A DNA stretch of 36,677 nt. Origin: Stramenopiles sp. TOSAG23-2. Lineage: Eukaryota. The notes below the pieces were generated by a model. That model did not search any database. It was not told where the DNA came from and was given only the letters and a program-made list of their open reading frames with translations. Location: contig LT649335.1 in assembly GCA_900128395.1 (NCBI GenBank), positions 1-36,677 of the forward strand, read 5' to 3'. Below are positions 1 to 9,598 of this stretch, in pieces; within the stretch, counting starts at the first letter, position 1; each line of letters starts with the position of its first letter. A program made the translations under genes and the position numbers.

Positions 1-510
1 ACTTATTTTACAGTAAACAATACAAAAAATTAGAGGAAATGTGTAATTTTTTATATTTAAGTAAAACCTTGAACCCTCACTCTAAAATCTTATATAAAAA
101 TTTTTCTTGGGGATCAAAATATGCCTTTTAAATATGCTAAAATGAACCATCATCAAAAATATTTGTTTGTTATAATATATTAAATTATACACATCTATAA
201 AAAAACGATGACTATTCCATTATAGCAACATATTTTTGTATCTCTTAGGCCACATATATACCAAATGGCACATATATTTAGATTTAATATTGGCCAATAA
301 CTTGCAGAGATATACGTTATTGACCAAACATGAAGCAATTATTTATTTATTTTTATTTTTTTCAACACCAAGGCATGCGTAACATTGATTATTATTTTTC
401 AATTCTATATAAACATCCATAAACATTCAACTGAGAAACCTATCACAAAATCAATATCCAACATTGGCAAATTTGTGTTGTATGCTTACACTTTCCAGTA
501 AAATCTCCCC

Positions 511-1014
511 TTAACTAGCCAACAGAAACTCATGCGGCAGCCACGAAAACATTTCCCGCTTTCCAACAAGCGGTGTCCTTTTCAAGTGGTCTAAATTGAG
601 CGAAACAAAAGTCTTTGTGTCAAGAGACAAGCTTTGTTTACTAGTATTCTTAATACAGTAGTCAAAAAAATTGGTTTGTGTATATTTGTGTTTGGCGTGC
701 TGGTTGCTACTAGCGGAAGTAGGCCACTTATGGCATACATGGAAATGGGTATGGATATTTTGCTGGCAAGTAGTTTCAAGTTGTAACGATTTATTCCAAA
801 TAGATGCTACCTTTCCACCTTCATGTCCAAGACCGTGAAAGCACTTATCATTAGTGCAAATACAATATCCAGAAGAAATTTTTGCAGCAAAGGAAACTCC
901 AGTATTATGAGAGATAACAATACCTGCATAACGTTTATGATTCACAAATTCATAAGCAGGGTTTATACTAAGAAAGGAACCCCCAATTACTTCAATGCGT
1001 GTATGCTTAAGCAT
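511..1014 (-). CDS. Possible hypothetical protein (~167 aa from ATG at 1014; the ORF track extends it to a non-ATG start at 1101)
   Basis: Open frame with GC visibly above the flanking DNA and Cys/His-rich segments (YCICTNDKCFHG). No recognisable family. Confidence 0.3.
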   Translation of the reverse strand: MLKHTRIEVIGGSFLSINPAYEFVNHKRYAGIVISHNTGVSFAAKISSGYCICTNDKCFHGLGHEGGKVASIWNKSLQLETTCQQNIHTHFHVCHKWPTSASSNQHAKHKYTQTNFFDYCIKNTSKQSLSLDTKTFVSLNLDHLKRTPLVGKREMFSWLPHEFLLAS

Positions 1015-1409
1015 TATGGCAGTCTTCGTCCAGTTCCATACTGCAGTGCGAATTAGTATAATAACTATTTTGATAATTATATTTTGTCTACGGATAAGCA
1101 ACTGACTTTCACTTTAACTCTAGACTTGAATATATTCAGGGCGTTTGGTTTCGAAGTTTGGTCTATTTATACATAAAATATCTAATACTGGATGGTAATG
1201 CAGTAATAGGGAATTAAATGTTACTTTATTCTGATGTATATATCAATTTCATATATACCAAAAAAAAATTCCAGAGTTATGGTGCTATGCAGATTATACC
1301 TATTATTGCCCGGCAAATTTTTAAAAGATGCTCATGATGTGATGCGTTAGCATCACATAGCATTAAAATCACAAAATCCCAAAACATTCTTACGAATAGG
1401 TTCTTACTC

Positions 1410-1820
1410 CTTGTAAATGAGAAGGATTATTATAGTGCATTTCCAAATGACGTTTAATTTAAGTACTAATTTAGTATACTAATTTATGTATATTTGATAG
1501 AGAGATATTGGATATTACAAAAATCGGAAATTCTTAGTTTATACATCGGAATTCTTAGTTAATACATCAAAATAACTACAGTATATATATTAATGCAGTT
1601 GCTAATATTGGCTATTTTAGAATTTTTCGGTAATATGGATTTTTCCGATAAATAATTTTCTAAGCATTTTGTTGTCTGCGAAATTCTTCTGCTAAAAATG
1701 CAAAATGCATGTTGTTCCAATGCCTCTCTATCAAATATTCATAAATTAGTACACTAAATTAGTACTTAAATTAAACGTTGTTTTGAAATCCACTTATAAT
1801 ATATCCTTCTCATTTACAAG
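1410..1820. mobile_element. MITE-like element with ~105-bp imperfect terminal inverted repeats
   Basis: 1410-1512 (cttgtaaatgagaaggat...gtactaatttagtatactaatttatg...gatagagagatattgga) is the near reverse complement of 1716-1820. The interior is ~200 bp of non-coding DNA. No clear TSD identified. Confidence 0.65.
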
Positions 1821-2087
1821 TACAAGGCTATCGTAATGGTAGCTAGAGCTAATAAACGTGCAAACGTCGATGAAATAGATCGATCGATTATTTCTGCAGG
1901 ATTCTTCCAGATTTCCAAAAGTTGCAAAAGGCAGTTATGTAATCTTTTTGTTTGTTGCACCTTCTTTTGAAAAAATTAAAATATAATTTTTTAGTGTAAC
2001 ATTACATTAATTTCGTTTGTACAATATAGATTTACAAAGCGTAATAACATTGTCGTTTGTTTTCAAATAAACCACAAAGAAATAAAT

Positions 2088-3770
2088 ATGTTTTTTGGTG
2101 GATTGAAATTACGACGCCCATCGAAAAATTCCAAATCGTCCACAACGAAAAATGATAATGGAAACAATATTAATAATAAGGATAGAAAACATCCAATTTC
2201 GCCGGCGAAAAAAAATAGGCAATATGTCAATGTAAATAATAATCAACCAGTAAACGAAGAGGAAGGTGATGGTGCTGATTTTTGGAGTGAATTAGAGCAA
2301 TCGAATGCCCCGTTGTCGCCATATTCAATGTTGAAGCAAATGTCTCGTACCAAGACTACAAACTTGCAACCGCAACAGCAGCAGCAACAACATATTCAAC
2401 AAAATAGTAATAATAATAAGAACCATCATACAAATTCATCAGCAGTCAATAGATTAATGCAATTGAAACATAATTATATGAACCCCCCAGACACTTCAAA
2501 CATACAACGAAGGAATATAAATCACGGATTACCACCACAACAATTAACAAGTAATGATCCAAATGTAAAACGTGGCAATAATTACATGAACCACACCACA
2601 TCGTCCAAACAACAACAACAACAGCATACTAGTAGAAATAATAATAATAATAATAATGATAAAAAAAAAAGTATATCAAAAAATAATAAGCAAGAATCAT
2701 TATTATCAGAAAAAAAATATAACGATATTATGGCACTTTCTCCATATTCTATGCTGAAAAAGCAACAACAACGAAATCGCTACGATGATGATAGTGATGA
2801 CAACAATAGGTTGTTTAAGATAAATCCAGAGAAACTTTCTGGTGGAATCGGATTAAGCGGCTCCTTATCAGCACGAGAACGAGCATTAGATGCAAAATTA
2901 AGGCAAGATATGAAAATAGAAACGGCAGACGATGCGAATGTTACTCATTCACAACAAGGAATGGGAAGCAAAAATGGCATTAACATTTACAATTATAAAC
3001 CATCATCCATTTTGAATGTTGATCTAGGAAATTTAGATCAATTGACGGATGAGGAGGTTAATGAATTATTTTTTAAAAGTTTAGATGAGGTTGAACAATA
3101 TCAACAGATTAGAGATGCAAATAGATTGCAATTTCAAAAGTTAGAGAAACAACGTGTAGAGATGGAACGACAATATGCACAAGAAAAAGCGGTAAGGAAC
3201 GCAACGAAAGGAACATTGGAACAACAAATAAAACGAAGCGAAAAAGAAATATGCAACTTGTACGATGCAATTGAAATTACACAAAAAAGATACGATGGAC
3301 AAGCAATTGAAATAGAAGAACTAAAACATAAATTGTATGAAATAGGAAAACCAAATGGAGTAAAAGATGAGGAGATTAATTTTGATGCATTATTAGCTAA
3401 ATACAAAGATGATGATAAGGATGCTTTAATCCGAGCATTGTACAGCGCAAACCGCAATAGGAAATACTTAGAGGAAGAGCTTGTAAGAACTAAAGGTACA
3501 GCTCGTCGGGATCGCTTAGCATATAAAAACTTATTAAATGAAAAGTTTGCATTGTTAATAAATAACAAGGATAATACCAATAATATTGAACATGCCGTTG
3601 TTATACAACTGACCGCTTTGAAAACCCGTATCGAAGAATTAGAAGAGGAGAATAAGATAACAAATACTGTGTATAAAACTCGGTTGAGTAGATTGCATAG
3701 TGACTTTTCACGGCAATATATCAAATTAAGAGAGTTACAAGAGCGCAATAATAAGCAAACAGAAAAATGA
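2088..3770 (+). CDS. Hypothetical protein, Asn/Gln-rich disordered N-terminus and C-terminal coiled coil (560 aa)
   Basis: Long ORF. C-terminal half is E/K/L-rich with heptad pattern. The motif LSPYSMLK occurs twice. Confidence 0.85.
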   Translation: MFFGGLKLRRPSKNSKSSTTKNDNGNNINNKDRKHPISPAKKNRQYVNVNNNQPVNEEEGDGADFWSELEQSNAPLSPYSMLKQMSRTKTTNLQPQQQQQQHIQQNSNNNKNHHTNSSAVNRLMQLKHNYMNPPDTSNIQRRNINHGLPPQQLTSNDPNVKRGNNYMNHTTSSKQQQQQHTSRNNNNNNNDKKKSISKNNKQESLLSEKKYNDIMALSPYSMLKKQQQRNRYDDDSDDNNRLFKINPEKLSGGIGLSGSLSARERALDAKLRQDMKIETADDANVTHSQQGMGSKNGINIYNYKPSSILNVDLGNLDQLTDEEVNELFFKSLDEVEQYQQIRDANRLQFQKLEKQRVEMERQYAQEKAVRNATKGTLEQQIKRSEKEICNLYDAIEITQKRYDGQAIEIEELKHKLYEIGKPNGVKDEEINFDALLAKYKDDDKDALIRALYSANRNRKYLEEELVRTKGTARRDRLAYKNLLNEKFALLINNKDNTNNIEHAVVIQLTALKTRIEELEEENKITNTVYKTRLSRLHSDFSRQYIKLRELQERNNKQTEK

Positions 3771-4166
3771 TATTGATGACGTATTATATATTATGAACGC
3801 ATGTATATCAACGAGAGGTATTTACCACGGGAAGCACGCGTAAAATTATTATAACTTTAGATTTTAATAAACATTCATTTAATATGTATGTCAATATTTA
3901 ATTTAATTTACTACACATTATATTAATTAATATATGCACAGTATCAAGAGAGGAGGAGAGTGTTTAAAAATAAAATATGTGATACACGATATTTATATAT
4001 TTTTTAATGCATAAACACTATATATATACGAAGTATAATATATGTGCATGTAGAGAAAATTTTTATATGTGACAACCATTATTATATACATGCATCATGT
4101 ATATCCGGATACAGATATCGCAAATTATTAATTTAAATTTACCCCGTCACCCCGTCAGCCTCTTTT

Positions 4167-4173
<7 letters not shown>

Positions 4174-4197
<24 letters not shown>
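4174..4197. repeat. (AC)n microsatellite
   Basis: Direct reading of the sequence. Confidence 0.95.
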
Positions 4198-4272
4198 CAT
4201 TTTTTAGAATCAGAAAGCTTCGTAAGTCGCACGAATGATTTAATATTTTAATATACTCGTATTTCCTTTTTG

Positions 4273-7200
4273 TTAAACAGGATTCGAAGAGATGCGACGT
4301 TGTTGGGTATTATAAGAATTTACATATTGAACATTTATAGGCGTAGTGTTGATATTGTTTAAACTTTGCATTTGCAGATAGTGTTGTCTATCGGAAGCTT
4401 GGGATTGGCTCCTAGAACTTCCCATTGACTGATGATTTAGCTCGTCATTATAAAGAAATGGAGATTTCCTATTGTTATTAGCATTATGAATTTGCCTTCT
4501 AGCATTTTCCATGGCTCTGGTGCTTGGTATTTCGTTTCCTAAAAATGGCACATGTCGCCCCGTGTTACCATGCAATGGCAAATATGATTTGGATCGGCCT
4601 TCAGATGAAGAAGTATTTGATGGCGGTCCGGAATTATTACTAATGGATATGCGAGTTTTATCAACGAACGAATGGCTTAAACGCGTAGTGTTATTAGCAT
4701 CACTACCATCAATACTGCTGCCATTCATGCTACCATATACTTGTTGCTGCCGTGATACACTTTTCGATTCCGACGCTTGTTGTTGTTGCTTTAAAAATCG
4801 TTTCAACATTGGATTGCTTTCCTGTTCGTATAGATTATTCATGGTTTGGAGACTCTCGGGAGTCACATCGTTTCCAGAATTTCTAGAACTTTCCCTAGAA
4901 GATAAATAAGTAAGCGAAGTAGAACTGCTTGATCGCGGCATTGATGCATTGCTATTCTTCTTGTTATTGTTGTTGTAATTATTATAATTATTATTATGAT
5001 GCGTTTGTGAATAATAAGGCTTGCCAATTTGGCTATACGACGAGGATGGCTGGGGTACCGACCATCTATTACTATTGTTGTAAACATGGCCCATTGTATT
5101 CAATGGCTGTTGTTGGTGATTATGATATGTTGAATGTGGTACTTGTTGTTGTAAATATGGCGCTGCTGGTGGCAGTTGTTGCTGCTGTAGCAATGGCGGT
5201 GTATATTGCCCACCATAGAACATTCTGCTACGATTAAACATGATGGATGTATTCACAGGTGATGTATTCATCGAGGATGGTTGATGCGAGCGAATAATGC
5301 CTCCTGATTGTGGTGATTGCTGCATCGAACTTGATTGTCTAAATTGTTGTAGTTGCTGCTTTTGATTAAACGGCTGATCTATATTGTTTTTCTTCTGCTT
5401 ACCATTATTATTGTTCACTGGACTAATTAAGCTTGGGACTACCCCCTTGTCCACCGAGAACGATTGTGTCGTATTGATGGATACATGTGGAGGAGCACGG
5501 CCTTGTTTTCGCAATTGTGATTGCAGCATTGCAATCTGCTGTTGCGACCGCAACATTTTTTCTTGATACAGATTCCTCACCGTTTTGTGTGGATCCATTT
5601 CACACTGTATTAAAATGGAAATCCCTTTTGATTTCGCTGTCACTGAGCTCCTGCTACTGTCGTTACTGTGTACATTGATATTATTCTTAGACGTGTTTGA
5701 TTCATTGCTATTGAATATAGTTGTGTCGCCAGCGCTTTCATCACTCCCTTCTTCGTTATTAATATTCATATTGTCATTCCTAAAGTTTCGGAAGTGTCGT
5801 GGATCAATTTGCTTTCCCAAGGTTACTTTTGGAACAAATACAACATTTCTATTAACACGGTTCTTTATATTATTATTACTATTACTAACATTAGTGGTAG
5901 TAGTAGTAGTCGTAGTAGTGGTATTGATTGTTGCTGTTGCTGTATCAAATTCTGAGTTATTTAGTACTCGATCATTTGCTTTTTGAGCATTATTGCCAAT
6001 TGTTTTAGATGCAACTACATAATTTGTCTGATCCATGCTTTCCCGTCTGCTACTATTGGCACTACTACTACTACTACTATCATGTAAACCGTCTTCATCG
6101 TCATCGCCGTCATTATTACTAGAGTTAGAATTTTTCTCATTACTGTTGCTTCTACTTCTGTTTTTATTATTTTCGCGTATATCGTTGCTATTGTCCTTAT
6201 TATGATTATTCATGATACGGGAGTTAGACTTTTTTTTCAATTTTCGGTCATTGCTTTCCTCACTACTGTCACTTTCATCTCCTTCTTCACTATGCCGTCC
6301 TTTTTTACCTTTGCGATTATTCGAAAGGTTGTTATATTGCTGTTGGGGGTCGATATTGTTTTTGTTTGGAGAATTTTGATTTCCACTTTGTCGGAGATGA
6401 CAAGAATCTGTATTTTCTTGTAGTTGTTGTTCTTTCTGTCCTGCATTATTAAATTTCGTTGGATTGTTTTTCTTTCTACTACTACTAATTCCAGAAGAAG
6501 CAATAGCAGCGATTGCAAGCATCTCCTTGTTATCTGTACCAGTACCAGTCGAGATACTATCAGTACGTTTGCGCTTATTTTTTTTAACATGATCCAATTC
6601 ATCAATGTTACTCTTATTGTTCTTGCTAGCCTTCTTTTTTTTGATATTTTTACTTTCGTTCCTTTTGGCAAGTTCCAAAGAAAAAAGATCACCAGATCCA
6701 CGCAAAGCGTTGTTATTTATTTTTTCATTATTATTATTGTTATTACTATTATCCATATTATTGTTGTTGGTATTACTATAAGTAGAATTTGACACCCTGC
6801 GCTCTATTAACTTTTGCGATTCTTCTGTAGAATCTAACCTTGAACCGGAAGAGCTATTTTGACGTGGAAGCAATTGTTGATTTCCATTATCGTTACTCAT
6901 ATTGATATTATTGTTACTTCCATGGAAACTATCGCTTCGACTTTTGTCTACAGCATTGTGAAATAAGTTCATTAACATTTCTGTTTCCTCTTGATTTATA
7001 AATGTTTCTGGCATATTGCCATATTCTTGACTGTACATAGATTGCTGTTGCATAGGCGTTAAATTTTCTTGGCTGTTCATATCCAACGGGTCAAACATAT
7101 TCATAGAAAAATCACCAGATGGAAATCTGAAGTTATCTAAGCCATCGTCTCTTGGATTTAATGGTGGAGAATCCATCGATTGCATATAATCCTCCATCAT
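4273..7200 (-). CDS. Hypothetical low-complexity Asn/Ser/Gln-rich protein (975 aa), possibly nuclear
   Basis: Long ORF with basic NLS-like clusters (KKKKASK, KKNKRKR) and a short helical core (ILIQCEMDPHKTVRNLYQEKMLRSQQQIAMLQSQL). No domain recognised. Confidence 0.85.
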   Translation of the reverse strand: MMEDYMQSMDSPPLNPRDDGLDNFRFPSGDFSMNMFDPLDMNSQENLTPMQQQSMYSQEYGNMPETFINQEETEMLMNLFHNAVDKSRSDSFHGSNNNINMSNDNGNQQLLPRQNSSSGSRLDSTEESQKLIERRVSNSTYSNTNNNNMDNSNNNNNNEKINNNALRGSGDLFSLELAKRNESKNIKKKKASKNNKSNIDELDHVKKNKRKRTDSISTGTGTDNKEMLAIAAIASSGISSSRKKNNPTKFNNAGQKEQQLQENTDSCHLRQSGNQNSPNKNNIDPQQQYNNLSNNRKGKKGRHSEEGDESDSSEESNDRKLKKKSNSRIMNNHNKDNSNDIRENNKNRSRSNSNEKNSNSSNNDGDDDEDGLHDSSSSSSANSSRRESMDQTNYVVASKTIGNNAQKANDRVLNNSEFDTATATINTTTTTTTTTTNVSNSNNNIKNRVNRNVVFVPKVTLGKQIDPRHFRNFRNDNMNINNEEGSDESAGDTTIFNSNESNTSKNNINVHSNDSSRSSVTAKSKGISILIQCEMDPHKTVRNLYQEKMLRSQQQIAMLQSQLRKQGRAPPHVSINTTQSFSVDKGVVPSLISPVNNNNGKQKKNNIDQPFNQKQQLQQFRQSSSMQQSPQSGGIIRSHQPSSMNTSPVNTSIMFNRSRMFYGGQYTPPLLQQQQLPPAAPYLQQQVPHSTYHNHQQQPLNTMGHVYNNSNRWSVPQPSSSYSQIGKPYYSQTHHNNNYNNYNNNNKKNSNASMPRSSSSTSLTYLSSRESSRNSGNDVTPESLQTMNNLYEQESNPMLKRFLKQQQQASESKSVSRQQQVYGSMNGSSIDGSDANNTTRLSHSFVDKTRISISNNSGPPSNTSSSEGRSKSYLPLHGNTGRHVPFLGNEIPSTRAMENARRQIHNANNNRKSPFLYNDELNHQSMGSSRSQSQASDRQHYLQMQSLNNINTTPINVQYVNSYNTQQRRISSNPV

Positions 7201-7530
7201 AATTATATATATACAAGTTCAATAAAAGGGTATATATATATATATATTATATATATTGTATGGACAAACGAATTAAATTATAATGTGTATGTGATATTGT
7301 AACGTAAGTTGAGATACCAAATGTGATCTGTTTATATATATATATATACCAGTCCCACAAAAAAATTTTGTCTCGTGTTGTATGTTTACTGTATGTAATA
7401 TATATATCCAACTTTTGTCTCCTCTTGATATATATTATTAACCAAATTTTGGATCTACTACTATTAAAAGAGAAGGCGAATATCTGTAATCACGAATGTT
7501 GGTATTATAATGCCCACGCACAGACACACA

Positions 7531-7552
7531 GAGAGAGAGAGAGAGAGAGAGA
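7531..7552. repeat. (GA)n microsatellite
   Basis: Direct reading of the sequence. Confidence 0.95.
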
Positions 7553-8331
7553 ATAATATATATACCAATCAATATAATATCTATCAATCTATCTATATAT
7601 CTATCTATCTATATATAAATAAATCTATACAGAAATATAATAATGGATATATATATAATCTAACATCGATTGCCATTGCCAGATTGGAGAATGAATGGAT
7701 GTATATCTGTATCATCAATTTACAATATTGCACACATTGCCATTTAAGAATATAATTTAATAAAAAAGGGGAAAGAAATGGTTGAGAAATTTGATAGGAA
7801 CATATACTTGGTAGAATATATAACCAACGTTTCAGTTTATATCAGGATGTGCATGTTGATATCCCCGCTCGCGTGTGAATAGAGTGCTGTGTGATGGTAG
7901 ACATTAGCAGGTACACAGTATTACAATATCTTAATTTACACCATTCGTCGTTTGTTATCCACAAAAGGGTCAGCAACCAGCCACGTTTGCTACATTTACA
8001 TGTATCATGTGTATCTATAAGGCTTGCCCAAGGCTTGGTCATATATCAATAGAGAAGAAAATTTCAAATAATATTATATGTTACAGAAAAAGGGAAACAA
8101 CAGCGGAAAATAAACAAACAAATCCTATAGCCGGGCCAGGCGGCTATAATACTGTTATAGTTACTATTACAATTAAATATTTTGTATAACCGGATCGGAT
8201 ATTTATATTTTAAACAATATTATTATTAATATGTAAAATATACCTTTTTTTCAACAGCCTATTTTGATGCGATGTGATGTCGATCAAATTTTCATCAAAC
8301 TCATATGTGGTTGTTGATCCTCTAAAATCAA

Positions 8332-8508
8332 AAATGACTTAATAATTTATACTTGAAAGGGAAATTAGAATACATCAAAAGGCTATATCTTAGTTCAACT
8401 ATCAAATGACCAATAATGTATACTTGAAAGGGAATTAGAATACTAAATTGACGCAATCTTTGACATCTTTACCTATCAAATGTGACTATAATAATTTATA
8501 TACTTCAA
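8332..8508. repeat. Imperfect ~40-bp direct repeats upstream of the GST gene
   Basis: aaatgac..aataat.tatacttgaaaggga(a)attagaatac at 8332-8373 and 8404-8443, with a partial third copy at ~8473-8508. Confidence 0.75.
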
Positions 8509-8646
8509 CATCCAACAACAACAACAACAACAACAAAAATATATATTTATAATTTTTAATTCTTCTTTAAATATGAAATGGTAAAATGATACCACCATAT
8601 GTATACAGCTATATATACGTACATAACTAACAAAATATTATCAATC

Positions 8647-9393
8647 ATGTCGAAATTAATCAATGTTATACGCACATCTACCAGCGCCCAAATACCATGT
8701 ACCATGCCAGCGTCAGGGTTGCATATTACATATTGGGATATAAGAGGTTTATGTCAACCTATTCGTTTGGCATTAGCATATGCAAAAGTTGAATATACTG
8801 ATGTAAGAATTGACGCGGGGAATCCTGCAGAGACGGATACATATAAAAAAGTATGGTTTGATGTTAAACCAGAAGTTGGAAAAACGGTCAAATTTGTAAA
8901 TTTGCCATATTTTTTGGATGGTGATAATAAGGTCGCTATTTCACAATCACAAGCAATATTACGTTATATAGGCAGAAAGTTTAACTTATTAGGAAAAAGT
9001 GAAGTTACAACAGATGTATTATTAAGCGAGGTATATGACTTTGATTCAACCTTTACAAGAATGTGTTATAGCAATTTTGGTCAAATGAAAGGATACTGCG
9101 AAAACAGCTTGCCAGGCGTGTTGGATAAATTTGCTGAGCAATTGGTTTCATGTAATAATACTTTTATCACCGGTGAAGAAATTAGTATTGTTGATTTTAA
9201 ATTTTATGATTTATTAACAAAATGGAAAATTGTTGAAGCTGATGAATCTATTTCAACAAATAAAGTTCTGTCTAATAAAGATATTTGTGATTATATAGAA
9301 CGTATGGAAAACATTGATGCAATCAAACAATATATTACTTCCGATATATTTTTAAGCAGACCATTAAATAACCCACATGCAACTTTTAAGTAA
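8647..9393 (+). CDS. Glutathione S-transferase, mu-class-like (start uncertain: 8599, 8647 or 8704)
   Basis: YWDIRGLCQPIRLAL with catalytic Tyr, mu-loop-like insert, FVNLPYFLDG, SQSQAILRYIGRK, GEEISIVDF and C-terminal PLNNPHATF. Confidence 0.93.
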   Translation: MSKLINVIRTSTSAQIPCTMPASGLHITYWDIRGLCQPIRLALAYAKVEYTDVRIDAGNPAETDTYKKVWFDVKPEVGKTVKFVNLPYFLDGDNKVAISQSQAILRYIGRKFNLLGKSEVTTDVLLSEVYDFDSTFTRMCYSNFGQMKGYCENSLPGVLDKFAEQLVSCNNTFITGEEISIVDFKFYDLLTKWKIVEADESISTNKVLSNKDICDYIERMENIDAIKQYITSDIFLSRPLNNPHATFK

Positions 9394-9598
9394 AGCAAAA
9401 AAAAGAAGAAGGATATATATATAATATAGAGAGAGGTGTTTTGATTTTATTTAATAAAAAGATGCAGATATATATGATATCATGAAAAAAATTTTTAAAA
9501 AAACGACCCGTATAATCTTTGTGCCGTACGTATTTAAATATTCACCTCCACACCATAATCAGACGACATAATATGTACACTCTCTCTTTACTAATCTC

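Noticed and set aside
3134-6792. Antisense and alternative-frame ORFs overlapping the long genes (3134-3748, 4511-4909, 5585-5986, 6424-6792 and similar ones throughout the window)
   Set aside because: Shadow ORFs from codon bias and trinucleotide repeats on the opposite strand; no independent motifs.
7323-7755. Short ORFs rich in YIYI/ERER
   Set aside because: Translations of TA and GA microsatellites in intergenic DNA.
7842-8042. GC-elevated 200-bp intergenic patch or 66-aa ORF, considered as ncRNA or small gene
   Set aside because: No tRNA, snRNA or snoRNA motifs or protein family recognised.
8126-8148. Perfect 8-bp hairpin tatagccg-ggccagg-cggctata, considered as a Helitron 3' end or terminator
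   Set aside because: No CTRR terminus at the expected distance on either strand, and no other support.
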